Shown: in pieces, positions 1 through 9,617 of the stretch | How the letters are laid out: each line of letters opens with the position of its first letter | Numbering within the stretch: position 1 is the stretch's first letter | Assembly (NCBI GenBank): GCA_016182095.1 | Contig: JACOXY010000011.1 | Coordinates: 67,794 to 131,793, forward strand | Direction: 5' to 3' | Source of the DNA: Candidatus Liptonbacteria bacterium | GTDB taxonomy: Bacteria; Patescibacteriota; Minisyncoccia; UBA6257; JACOXY01 | DNA: 64,000 nucleotides | The notes under the pieces: generated by a model | Seen by the model: only the letters and a program-made list of their open reading frames with translations | Told to the model about the DNA's origin: nothing | The model's database searches: none | Translations under genes and position numbers: made by a program

Positions 1-486
1 CTCTCCAATGCCAATAGTCGTGCACGCCCACTCGCCGACTCCATCTACTGTCAAAATCGCGGCTTTTTCAAACGGAGAACAAAAAAATGATGCGGCCGCA
101 TGCGATAAATGATGCGTCGAAAATAAAATTTTTCCGGGGTTAATCCCTAATTCTTTCGAGATTAAGGCCCTAATCCAAATTTTGGATATAAACAAGCTCT
201 TCACGGCTTTAACAAAAACATGCGGCGTCCAGGGAAAAGTTAAAAATAATGTTTTGAAAATTCTTTCAAGCTTAAAAAATGGTTTTTCATAAAAAATAAC
301 ATAATCAATTTTATCCGTGCTCACGAGAGCTTCTTCCATAACAAAATTAATAGCCATCTTGGGAAAGCTGTAATCGTGTTTAACTCTCGAAAAACGCTCT
401 TCTTCGCTCATAGCGACGGGCCTACCATCAATTAAAAGAGCCGCCGCTGAGTCATGATAAAAAAAAGAAAGTCCCAATATTGTCAT
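1..486 (-). CDS. Carbamoyltransferase (NodU/CmcH family), N-terminal part; runs off the window edge
   Basis: Manual translation from ATG at 486: MTILGLSFFYHDSAAALL..EEERFSRVKHD..HHLSHAAASFF..DGVGE, the typical carbamoyltransferase N-terminal motifs. Confidence 0.9.
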   Translation of the reverse strand, partial: MTILGLSFFYHDSAAALLIDGRPVAMSEEERFSRVKHDYSFPKMAINFVMEEALVSTDKIDYVIFYEKPFFKLERIFKTLFLTFPWTPHVFVKAVKSLFISKIWIRALISKELGINPGKILFSTHHLSHAAASFFCSPFEKAAILTVDGVGEWACTTIGIGE

Positions 487-542
487 ATAATGATCTTTTA
501 GAGTACAATTAATTATTATCCGAGTGTGGACAGTGAGCAACT

Positions 543-1613
543 ATGAAATCTATATTGAATAAAAAAACGTTCGGGAAAATCTTAATTTTCTCTATAACTT
601 CCCTCGCCGGGTTTATTTTTTTGGAAATCATGATATATGTAATCACTCCGCAAAAGACCATGTATTATGACAAAGTTAATACTGAACCAACTCGTGAATT
701 ATATCAATATAACGCCGGAAAGCCGCCCAAAGTAAAATCCGGTCTTAATGTTAGTGGGCTTTCCGATATTTATCACGAATACAACATGGATATCCAAACC
801 GATCAGTTTGGATTTAGGCGCGAAAAGACAGATCCCCTGAAGCCAACCGTCATTATTTTGGGCGATTCGCAAACTTTTGGTTTTGGAGTCTTGAATCCCG
901 AAGCTTACCCGAATTTGTTGGATGAAATGGATAACTCATGCCAAATTGTAAATGCCGGCAAGCCTGGAGCGGGGTTAAATCATTACGTTTACTACCTGAA
1001 AGAAATGCTTGCATCCAAAAACTTTAAAAATATCAAACAAATTATCATTGGATTGAACATGCCCGGCAACGATTGGAACGAAATGGTCAGTTTGTCCAAA
1101 AAAATTGATCCTGAACTTTCACAGTTCATACCTGATTCGACAGAATTCTTGGGAAAAAAGAAATCTCTTTCTTCAAGGGCGCAAGAGCTGCTTTTTTACT
1201 CCCAAGCATACACATTCATGAGATTTGTTGTCGCCCCCAGATTAAAGCATTTTGTTCTTGGGTTTACGGATTTGGCCAAAGCCGAACAGGAAGAGTATGA
1301 AAAGACCGGCCCGGCTGTCGAAACTTTAATCAAGCTCATGCAATCGGCAACCAAAGAAAAAAAAATTGACATAATCTTCATATTCTTTCCCGAAAGACCG
1401 CACTACTTTAAAAAACCCCTGACTTATATAAAAAATCTTCAAAGCTTTATGAATGAGAATGGCATAAAATATTTGGATCTTATACCCCAATTTAAAGAGT
1501 CATACACAAAAATTGATGACTTTTGGCTACCAATAGACGGCCACTTTAATGCTTCGGGGCATAAATTTATGGCCGAGGCCATAAATAAAGCGAATATAAT
1601 TTCTTGCAGATAA
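543..1613 (+). CDS. SGNH/GDSL hydrolase family membrane-anchored protein
   Basis: N-terminal TM; GDSQTFG block I, NAG.PG block II, GND block III, DGHFN block V. Confidence 0.85.
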   Translation: MKSILNKKTFGKILIFSITSLAGFIFLEIMIYVITPQKTMYYDKVNTEPTRELYQYNAGKPPKVKSGLNVSGLSDIYHEYNMDIQTDQFGFRREKTDPLKPTVIILGDSQTFGFGVLNPEAYPNLLDEMDNSCQIVNAGKPGAGLNHYVYYLKEMLASKNFKNIKQIIIGLNMPGNDWNEMVSLSKKIDPELSQFIPDSTEFLGKKKSLSSRAQELLFYSQAYTFMRFVVAPRLKHFVLGFTDLAKAEQEEYEKTGPAVETLIKLMQSATKEKKIDIIFIFFPERPHYFKKPLTYIKNLQSFMNENGIKYLDLIPQFKESYTKIDDFWLPIDGHFNASGHKFMAEAINKANIISCR

Positions 1614-1646
1614 GAAGTTGGTGTGGTGCAGTTTTTTACTGTCAAT

Positions 1647-1874
1647 CTAAAATTCTTTTTTAATACTTCCGAGGTCATCGCCCCACTTGCCTTTAGCAGT
1701 CCAGTTTGTCGCTTCCCCGGACGCGAAATCATTTTTTATTATTCGGTAGGGTAATGCAAAAATACCGAAAATCAAATAATAAAACAGAGTAAGCAAAACC
1801 GAAGAAATAAAATCTCCCAGTAAGAAAGCGAATTTAAACCAAAGCTCTTTAATTTTGAGCAATATTCCCTTCAT
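1647..1874 (-). CDS. SxtJ-like small membrane protein
   Basis: W.KFA..LG...S.VLLTLFYY.IF pattern; next to carbamoyltransferase and DUF5989-like gene. Confidence 0.7.
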   Translation of the reverse strand: MKGILLKIKELWFKFAFLLGDFISSVLLTLFYYLIFGIFALPYRIIKNDFASGEATNWTAKGKWGDDLGSIKKEF

Positions 1875-2066
1875 TTAAAATAGGGTGTAAATAAATGGTC
1901 CCAATGACGAACTTTGGGCGAAAATTATCACCAAAAAGAAAATTGTCAAAAAGAAAACCATCGGAATCATCCACCACATTTTGTTTTCCCATAAAAACTC
2001 AAGTAGGGCCGCGATGATAGATGAACGCAATTTAATTGTTTGGATTATTTCCTTGAATTTTTTCAC
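1875..2066 (-). CDS. DUF5989/SxtK-like small membrane protein
   Basis: FLWENKMWWMIP...PFIYTLF signature. Confidence 0.8.
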   Translation of the reverse strand: MKKFKEIIQTIKLRSSIIAALLEFLWENKMWWMIPMVFFLTIFFLVIIFAQSSSLGPFIYTLF

Positions 2067-2258
2067 TTTTTAATGTTAGCAAATTTTTTAGTCATCGGCA
2101 AATAGCGTCAAGATTTACAAAAATTTTCAGCAGCCCTTCTGGTCATGTGGTTGATTTAACCATAACAATTTTCCCACTATTAATAATTTTTATGCAGCAC
2201 AAAAACAACTCTGACAGCTTGCAAAAAGCATCATTAAAAGCAATACTATTTACGCGAC

Positions 2259-4523
2259 ATGAACCCCGCGCGCAAAATAACAGTAATAGCCATAACAATT
2301 AGCGCAACCTCCCTCCTATTTTATTTACGCGGGACAATTTACGCGAGTTTTTTAGAACGGATAAAAATCATAAGCCCAGAATTACATTTTAATATCACAA
2401 GAGCCGAAGCTTCCCTCAAAAAAACCGCCAATCTGTTACATTTCCCTTATTGGTTTAGAAAAACAAGGCTTCCGGTATATAACTTATACATAGACGAGAA
2501 AGATATTTATAAAATAAGTAGCATCCTGCCTAACTATGATCCGGAAGCAAAAACAGGAGCGAGTCCGGAAAATTTTGCTTTTATTGATGGTTTTTTTGCC
2601 TCGGGTGATTATCGTGACAAAATTGAAGTGCGATTTCGCGGGCACAGGCCGGTACATTGGGAAAGCGCCAAAAGATCGCTGCTAATTAAATTTCCCAAAG
2701 ACCGACTGTTTGAAAAAATGAGGTCAATCGACCTGATAGCGCCAATAACTAAAGAATATGCCGCGCTGGAAATAGTTAATAACTATAGATTAAAAGAAAT
2801 GGGGCTAGTCCCAACCAATCTATTTTTAGTTTGGTTAAAAATTAATGGTGGGGACGCGGGTATCTACCTAGCAAAAGAAAGGTACTCGGCGGAATGGCTG
2901 GAGAAAAATGGCTTACCGCCTAATAGCGAAGTCTTTTCGCAAACGGGGTTGGATTCGAGCTGGAGCAGAGATATTTATGAACAAAAGGAGTCTTTCGCGG
3001 AATTGGACACCCTGTTTTCGCTCTTAAGAGAAACGGATGATGTTTTTTATAAAAATATAGGCAATATTTTGGATTTAAATAAAATATACAGAGCTATAGC
3101 ATTTAATGTTATCGCCGGGGGAACGCATTCGCAGGGCCAGAATTTAAATTTTCTTTTTAATGGCGCGACCGGGAAGCTGGAGCCGCTCCTCGAAGATACC
3201 GCCATTTTCTACGGGCGGAACAATAAAGAGCCAGTCGAGGTTTATAACGAAATAAACGTATTCTCCAGACGCATATTATCTAATGAAAATTATTATAATG
3301 ACTATAAAAAGGTATTACGCGAAATTTTATCTTCAATTTCTTTAGAAAAAGACCTCGCGCTGTTTGATACTTTGCAAAGCCAAATTATTGTCGAATTATA
3401 TAAGGATCAAGCAAAATATTATCCTGACTTTGTTTTTAAAGAAGTTTTTCAAGAACAAAGAACCAGCATTATTGACAATTACCAAGTCGCGCAAAAATTG
3501 GCGGAGGCAAAAGAATTGCCGGTTTTTAGTGCTGAAGATTTTTCCAAAACAACCGCACAACTTGTTGAAGGCGGCGAATTTTCAAATTTTTTTGATATTT
3601 CAAAAACAGGCGAGGAGTTCATAGCTGCCAATCCGCAGTTCTTTCTCTCTTATTCAACTTCAACTCGCGATCCCATAGGCAACTTAACGCTTAAAACCGG
3701 AACATATGCTTTTAGGAAAAATGTTGTGATTCCGGCAAATTTTAATTTTGTGATAGAACAGGGAACGCACTTATTTTTAGCCAGTGGAGTTTCTATAGTA
3801 TCTTACAGCCCCATAAAAGCAATCGGATCTGCCGAAAAACTAATCATCGTGGAGCGCCTTTACCCCAAAAACGCATGGGGCTCTATCGCGGTTATAAACA
3901 CCAAAGAATCAAGCAGACTTGAGAATATAATAATTAGCGGCGGGTCGTCGTCGGAAGAAATTAATGGCGTAACATTTACAGGAATGCTCGCGGCTCACGG
4001 CGCGCCAATATTCATTGAGAACGCGATATTTTCTCTGGACGCTGACGATGATGCCTTGAACGTTAAACAAACAACCGGGGCAGTAAAAAATTCAAAATTT
4101 TACGATACCGTGGGCGACGCGATTGACCTTGATATGACAAGTAACTTTGTAATAGAAAATAATAAATTTTTTAACATTGGAACCGGACCCGAAGGCGGCG
4201 ACGCTATTGATATTTCTTTCGGAGATCCGTTTATAAACAAAAATATGATAGATAAATGCTCTGATAAGGGCGTGAGTGTCGGCGAAAAGTCTTTTCCTGA
4301 AATTACCGACAATATCATAAAAAAATGCGAAATCGGCATTGCGGTTAAGGACGAATCAAGGGCGCTAATAAAAAATAATTCAGTGTTAAATAACACTACC
4401 GGCATCGCTCTTTACCAAAAAAAATCCATATTCGGCGGCGGAACAGCTATCCTGGAAAACAACATTTTAAGCGGCAACTTAAACGATATCACCCAAGATA
4501 AGCAATCAATGATTGTGAGATAA
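2259..4523 (+). CDS. CotH kinase family protein fused to a right-handed parallel beta-helix domain
   Basis: VRFRG..HW...KRS..IK and VWLKING...GIY...E CotH-like motifs; C-terminal DDALN/GDAIDLD/DKGVSVGE beta-helix repeats. Confidence 0.8.
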   Translation: MNPARKITVIAITISATSLLFYLRGTIYASFLERIKIISPELHFNITRAEASLKKTANLLHFPYWFRKTRLPVYNLYIDEKDIYKISSILPNYDPEAKTGASPENFAFIDGFFASGDYRDKIEVRFRGHRPVHWESAKRSLLIKFPKDRLFEKMRSIDLIAPITKEYAALEIVNNYRLKEMGLVPTNLFLVWLKINGGDAGIYLAKERYSAEWLEKNGLPPNSEVFSQTGLDSSWSRDIYEQKESFAELDTLFSLLRETDDVFYKNIGNILDLNKIYRAIAFNVIAGGTHSQGQNLNFLFNGATGKLEPLLEDTAIFYGRNNKEPVEVYNEINVFSRRILSNENYYNDYKKVLREILSSISLEKDLALFDTLQSQIIVELYKDQAKYYPDFVFKEVFQEQRTSIIDNYQVAQKLAEAKELPVFSAEDFSKTTAQLVEGGEFSNFFDISKTGEEFIAANPQFFLSYSTSTRDPIGNLTLKTGTYAFRKNVVIPANFNFVIEQGTHLFLASGVSIVSYSPIKAIGSAEKLIIVERLYPKNAWGSIAVINTKESSRLENIIISGGSSSEEINGVTFTGMLAAHGAPIFIENAIFSLDADDDALNVKQTTGAVKNSKFYDTVGDAIDLDMTSNFVIENNKFFNIGTGPEGGDAIDISFGDPFINKNMIDKCSDKGVSVGEKSFPEITDNIIKKCEIGIAVKDESRALIKNNSVLNNTTGIALYQKKSIFGGGTAILENNILSGNLNDITQDKQSMIVR

Positions 4524-4526
4524 AAT

Positions 4527-5267
4527 ATGAAAAATAACTTTTTAAGATTTGAGTTCAAATATTTGATACCTCGCTTTTTACTTGGAGACTTAAAAGGCGA
4601 CTTGGCAAAATTAAACTTTCAAGAAGATTCTGCCAATAATGCCGATGGTTTCTACCACGTGGCAAGCGTGTATTTTGACACTGTCACGCTCTCTGATTAT
4701 TCCGATAAAATCGGCGGTCTTTTAGCGAGAAAAAAATTGCGGGCAAGAATTTACAAAAAGAATGATGGAGAAGGCAGTGCGCCCGTTTGGTTGGAAATCA
4801 AAGAAAAGTATGATATGATGATCTCAAAAAAAAGAGTGGCTTTAAGCCTTACGGAGTGGCAAGAATTTTTACAGACTCCGCGCTTAGCTCGCCAAAATTT
4901 AAAATCACGCCTTTCAGAAAGCGAGACAAAAAACCTGGAAGAATTTATGTTTTGGATAGACCTGGAAAACAGAAGGCCTTATGTGCTGGTTGAATATAAG
5001 AGAAGCGCTTGGCACTTGTTAAGCGGCAAGGAAAAAATACGAATTACGCTGGATTATGACATTAAGGCGCAAAAGACAAAAAATTTGTTCGCTGATCCAA
5101 CGGCAAACGTTAGCCAAAATAATGCGGTCATAGAAATTAAATTCAGCGAAAAAATGCCGGCACAGATCGGTTCGTTGCTCGCAAAATACAATTTGGAACG
5201 CGTGGCGTACTCAAAATATGCTGAAAGCGTTGACTCAATAAGGAAATTTTATCCGGTGCCGCGTTAA
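4527..5267 (+). CDS. VTC (polyphosphate polymerase) domain protein
   Basis: RFEFKY, SVYFDT, RKKLRARIY, LEIKEK, RITLD, IEIKF, SKY motifs. Confidence 0.9.
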   Translation: MKNNFLRFEFKYLIPRFLLGDLKGDLAKLNFQEDSANNADGFYHVASVYFDTVTLSDYSDKIGGLLARKKLRARIYKKNDGEGSAPVWLEIKEKYDMMISKKRVALSLTEWQEFLQTPRLARQNLKSRLSESETKNLEEFMFWIDLENRRPYVLVEYKRSAWHLLSGKEKIRITLDYDIKAQKTKNLFADPTANVSQNNAVIEIKFSEKMPAQIGSLLAKYNLERVAYSKYAESVDSIRKFYPVPR

Positions 5268-5271
5268 ATCT

Positions 5272-5943
5272 ATGCTCAACTATTTTTCGTTTCAACCGCA
5301 AGAAATTAGCATGGCCGTGGTTATTTTTAATCTTTTCTTGGCGGCGATTATCTCGTTCGCGATAGCTTTTTTGCACAAATGGACGCGCGCGGGGCTCTCT
5401 TATTCCCAGTCTCTTTTCGCCACGCTGGTCATGTTGTGCGTTATAACAGCGGTTATTATTACCGTCGTGCAGAACAATGTCTTTGGCGCTCTGGGGTTAT
5501 TGGGAGCTTTTACTTTCATAAGATTTAGAACGATTATTAAAGAAACCAGGGATATTGCTTTCGTGTTTTTTGCTTTAGCTGAAGGCGTGGCGGCGGGACT
5601 TGGCCACTACGCAGTTGCGATAGTTTCAACTATATTCATTTCTTTTATTGTTTATTTGATATTTAAATATAAGCTGGGATCGGCAAGCGGCAAAAAATTA
5701 ATATTGCTTCTTACGGCCAGCGCTCCAATCGGAGAAGATTTGTTAAATGCGCGGCTTAGCGAAAACAATATAGCCGTTTCAATGATTAGTGGCAAGAAGC
5801 ACGACTCCATTCATGAGTATGTTTTTTATGTTCATGGAGAAAAATTAGCCGATATCCTGGACAAAGCGCTTAATGAAATGGCGCGCTCTCTGCAAATAAT
5901 AAACTACGAAATAGTAAGTAGCAGAGAGTCAATTGAATACTAA
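5272..5943 (+). CDS. DUF4956 family membrane protein
   Basis: ALGLLGAFTFIRFRT.IKETRD motif; follows the VTC gene as usual for this family. Confidence 0.85.
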   Translation: MLNYFSFQPQEISMAVVIFNLFLAAIISFAIAFLHKWTRAGLSYSQSLFATLVMLCVITAVIITVVQNNVFGALGLLGAFTFIRFRTIIKETRDIAFVFFALAEGVAAGLGHYAVAIVSTIFISFIVYLIFKYKLGSASGKKLILLLTASAPIGEDLLNARLSENNIAVSMISGKKHDSIHEYVFYVHGEKLADILDKALNEMARSLQIINYEIVSSRESIEY

Positions 5944-6895
5944 AACTTTTCAAAAAAACCATCGTGCGCCGGTTCTTACAATTCTCGCGATTTCGCTCAT
6001 CGCGATTGCGGCTATTATACTTAGCCAAAGCTCGCCCTCAAAGAATCGGAACTCTTGGAGTTTCGCTGTTATAGGGCATCCGCGGGCAAACGAAAATTTT
6101 GCTTCTAATCCCATTTTTATAGAAGCACTCAAAGAAGCCGAGAATCTTGGCGCGGAATTATTGTTTTTAAATGGAGACATGGTATTGGGCGGGCTTGAAT
6201 CTCTTGCGGGCATACAAAAAGAGTGGTCAGTTTTTGACAAGGATCTTAAAAATTTTAGCGGGGAAATTTACCACGCACCAGGAAACCACGACCTCTCGAC
6301 CACCCAAATGACCTCTTATTATCGTGAAAATCATCCCCTAAGCGGGAGTTTCTTGCATAAAGGAGTGCAGTTTATAATCTTCAATTCGGTGTTTCCGACC
6401 GAAGAGAGGGGTGGCAATATAAACGAAGAGGAGATTGCTTTTATCAGGCGGGAATTGGAGAAGTATGGCGACTCAATCCCGTTTATTTTTTTAATGCATC
6501 ATCCGCTGTGGGCAAACAACCTTTATCCGGCCCACAAAAAAGCGCTTGATGCCGTTGTGAATCTCGCAAATTTTTCAAAAAATAACTGGTGGGATAACGT
6601 ACATCCCCTGTTTGCAAAAAGGCGCGGCTTTATCATCAGCGGAGACGCTGGAACAAAAAATATTCCTTATACGTATTTTGAAAAAGATAGGGTTACATAC
6701 ATACTAAGCGGCATTTCTGCAAGTAGCTTGAAAGATAATGTTTTTTTACACTTAACTGTCGCGGGGGGCGACATCACCATAACTCCTCTTGCAACTAACC
6801 ACAACTTAATTACTTATGCCTTAAAATATTTCAAACAAGCAACCCTTAATCCCGAGTATGAAATAAACAAATTAAACGAAATTCTTTCCGATTAA
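5933..6895 (+). CDS. Calcineurin-like metallophosphoesterase, exported
   Basis: N-terminal TM; NGD, PGNHD and MHHP motifs. Confidence 0.8.
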   Translation: MNTKTFQKNHRAPVLTILAISLIAIAAIILSQSSPSKNRNSWSFAVIGHPRANENFASNPIFIEALKEAENLGAELLFLNGDMVLGGLESLAGIQKEWSVFDKDLKNFSGEIYHAPGNHDLSTTQMTSYYRENHPLSGSFLHKGVQFIIFNSVFPTEERGGNINEEEIAFIRRELEKYGDSIPFIFLMHHPLWANNLYPAHKKALDAVVNLANFSKNNWWDNVHPLFAKRRGFIISGDAGTKNIPYTYFEKDRVTYILSGISASSLKDNVFLHLTVAGGDITITPLATNHNLITYALKYFKQATLNPEYEINKLNEILSD

Positions 6896-6952
6896 TTGCT
6901 GGGCTTAATTCAATAAATGTTTAAAAATAAACTTGGCGCGCGAAAAAATAGG

Positions 6953-7675
6953 TTATAATTTTTGGGAACGAACAATTATGTTTTGGGTAAAAAGACCTTT
7001 GCGAGAACCAGTTTCTATAAATAAGTAGAGGTTTATACACAAGACAACGGCTCGCCACAAAATAAACCTGCAAAGGGAAATTATGCCATGGGGCACCGGC
7101 CCCGCTTCCTTAAAAGTTATATTTTTAAACCCGGTCGCGCCAAGAACATGTCTCAAGCTTGAGGAAGTAAAACCAATACAGTGAGTAAAGTCGTAATAAC
7201 GATACCGCGCTCCAAAAGGACTCTCGGCGTTGGGGGTCTGGATTATTAAGACGCCCCCCTGACGCAAAGCGCCATAAATTAAATCTAGGACTTCAAAAAT
7301 TTCATCCTTTGTAAAATGCTCTATTACATCACGCGCTATTATACAATCAAATTTTTGCGATTTATCGCTTAAAAATGATTTAATGTCATCCTTACAAACT
7401 TTGACGTCCAGTTTCTTCGCCTCTTCAATAAGGCGCAGATCTTGGTCAATACCACGGGCATTATAAAACCCGATTAATTTTAACCAAAAAAGGAGTTCGC
7501 CGTTACCGCATCCCAAATCAAGGATGGATGCGTTTTTATCAATCGGTAAAAATCTGCTATAATAGCTATTCCAAACAGGAAATTGTTTTTTAATATTCTC
7601 CTTGCTTAAATCGCCTCTTTCAATCTTTAAATAGTGCTCAAAATATGCTTGGTAAGCTCGCTCGCGCCAATTCAT
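6953..7675 (-). CDS. Class I SAM-dependent methyltransferase
   Basis: ILDLGCGNG, DVIEH, TPN motifs. Confidence 0.9.
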   Translation of the reverse strand: MNWRERAYQAYFEHYLKIERGDLSKENIKKQFPVWNSYYSRFLPIDKNASILDLGCGNGELLFWLKLIGFYNARGIDQDLRLIEEAKKLDVKVCKDDIKSFLSDKSQKFDCIIARDVIEHFTKDEIFEVLDLIYGALRQGGVLIIQTPNAESPFGARYRYYDFTHCIGFTSSSLRHVLGATGFKNITFKEAGPVPHGIISLCRFILWRAVVLCINLYLFIETGSRKGLFTQNIIVRSQKL

Positions 7676-7723
7676 AAAATTTTATTTGCTTTAGATTTTT
7701 GTCTATATTAGTATGAGGTTATT

Positions 7724-8845
7724 ATGCCCGAGAAAAAACTTACAGTGGCGTATTTCGGGAATTATGATCCCCTTTATACCCGAGTCAGAACCGTTATTAA
7801 AGGTTTACGGAAAAATAACGTAAAAGTTATAGAATGCCGAAGCAATCACCGAAACCGCTTAAGACGGCTCGCGATTCTTGCTGTTAATTACTTTAAAATA
7901 CAAGGCAAGATAGACGCGATTCTAGTTTCCGAAGGTGGCCAGTCTTACGTCCCACTCGCCAAAATACTATCTTTTCTTACGCGAAAACCTCTTATATTTG
8001 ACGCGTTTATTTCATACTACCACGTTAAGGCAATTGACACGAGTGATGTGCGCCCCGATTCTATAAAGGGGAGATTTTTTTACTATCGCGATAAAATAAG
8101 CTGTCTTTTGGCGGATAAAGTGCTCTTGGATACCAAAGAGCACGCGGAGTATTTTTGCAAAGAATTCGGCTTGCCGCGGTCAAAATTTGAAATAGTACCC
8201 GTTGGGTCAGATGAAGATTTTTTTTATCCGGAGAAAAGCTGGGCTCGCAAAAAGGGCGGGGACTTTGTCGTTTTCCTTGTTTCAAGTTACTACCCTCTCC
8301 ACGGCGTAGATTATGTAGTCCGAGCCGCTAAAATTCTTGAAAAATACAGCGATATAAAATTTTTAATTATTGGGGACGGGATAACAAAACAAAAAGTTCT
8401 TTCATTAGCCAACGACCTGAACGTAAAAAATATTATTTTTAGAGGATCGGTTTACCCCGACGTCTTGCCTGATTTTATGGCAAGCGCCGATGTCTGCCTG
8501 GGACAATTCGGGGGCACGGAACAGGGGCACATGGTAGTGCCGGCAAAAGTATATGATGCTTTGGCCATGGCAAAACCAGTCATAACCGGAAACGGCATGG
8601 CGGCGAAAACAATGTTTAAGCATCAAGAACACCTCTTGTTTTGCCCTTTTGCTGACGCAGAAACCATTGCCAACACCATTGTGGCGCTAAAGACCGATAA
8701 GGAACTGCGGGACCAGTTAGCCGCGAATGGACATAAGTTTTTTAAAGAAAACTTTAATTTGCAAAAAGTAGGCAGCATGGTGCGTGCCATAATAGAAAAA
8801 CAGATTGACCGTAGCAAGGCGACCTATTCGCACAATAACTCATAG
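7724..8845 (+). CDS. Glycosyltransferase family 4
   Basis: GT-B C-terminal pattern IIGDG..ADVCLG..KVYDALAMAKPVIT. Confidence 0.85.
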   Translation: MPEKKLTVAYFGNYDPLYTRVRTVIKGLRKNNVKVIECRSNHRNRLRRLAILAVNYFKIQGKIDAILVSEGGQSYVPLAKILSFLTRKPLIFDAFISYYHVKAIDTSDVRPDSIKGRFFYYRDKISCLLADKVLLDTKEHAEYFCKEFGLPRSKFEIVPVGSDEDFFYPEKSWARKKGGDFVVFLVSSYYPLHGVDYVVRAAKILEKYSDIKFLIIGDGITKQKVLSLANDLNVKNIIFRGSVYPDVLPDFMASADVCLGQFGGTEQGHMVVPAKVYDALAMAKPVITGNGMAAKTMFKHQEHLLFCPFADAETIANTIVALKTDKELRDQLAANGHKFFKENFNLQKVGSMVRAIIEKQIDRSKATYSHNNS

Positions 8846-9561
8846 ATGCCATTCAAGGGATCTTCAAAGAGGATAGATGGGCGGTAGCCGAAACGCCGAA
8901 AAAGCGCGACGCATCCACCGCGCATTTCATTATTATGAATGGCCAAAAAAATAACTGGATGATGTTTGAACAGCAATTCTTTGGCGCCGCTTAACACAAG
9001 CAATTCTGCGCCCTCCACGTCTATCTTTAAAAAATTAGGAACAATCTTCCCATTTTTTACGAATTCATCCAAAGAAACGGTTTTGACCTTGGTTAATTGT
9101 GGAACGTTAGTTATCATCCCCAAAGAATTTCCGGCGCTTTCAGAGAAAAACTGCTCTCCTTCTGTTTCGGCTACGGCGCATTCAACCACAACAACATTAC
9201 TGATGTTGTTTAATCCTGTGTGCTTTTTCAAAAGCTGCACATTCCGTGATAAAGGCTCAAACGCAAAAACTTTCCCGCCCGGGCCAACCAGTTGAGAAAA
9301 AAGAAGAGAGTAAAACCCAACATGCGCGCCAATATCAAAAACAGTATCTCCTCTCTTTATGAGGCCCTGAAATAATTTTTGGTTCTTGGGTTCATAAGAT
9401 CCCAGCCAATAGCCATTAACACCAGAGCCTTTTACCCACTTTTTGCCCCTAAGAGGCCCTTGCAAAATCCGCAGCACCCAAGTATCCGGAATAAAATTCA
9501 AAAAAAACCTGGTAATCCCGCCCAAGAATGATTTTTGTGGCAACCTTGAAAAATTAACCAT
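8824..9561 (-). CDS. FkbM family methyltransferase (start moved to ATG 9561)
   Basis: FDIGAHVG, FAFEP, KIDVEGAE motifs; the longer ORF overlaps the divergent GT. Confidence 0.9.
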   Translation of the reverse strand: MVNFSRLPQKSFLGGITRFFLNFIPDTWVLRILQGPLRGKKWVKGSGVNGYWLGSYEPKNQKLFQGLIKRGDTVFDIGAHVGFYSLLFSQLVGPGGKVFAFEPLSRNVQLLKKHTGLNNISNVVVVECAVAETEGEQFFSESAGNSLGMITNVPQLTKVKTVSLDEFVKNGKIVPNFLKIDVEGAELLVLSGAKELLFKHHPVIFLAIHNNEMRGGCVALFRRFGYRPSILFEDPLNGIYELLCE

Positions 9562-9617
9562 ATAAATCTGGCTATTTTTATATGCCTTGTTTTGTGATTT
9601 AATGGTAAAACAACAGC

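Noticed and set aside
1-2066. Saxitoxin biosynthesis cluster
   Set aside because: Only the generic sxtI/J/K-like families are present; no sxtA-like or other toxin genes, and the context is surface glycan.
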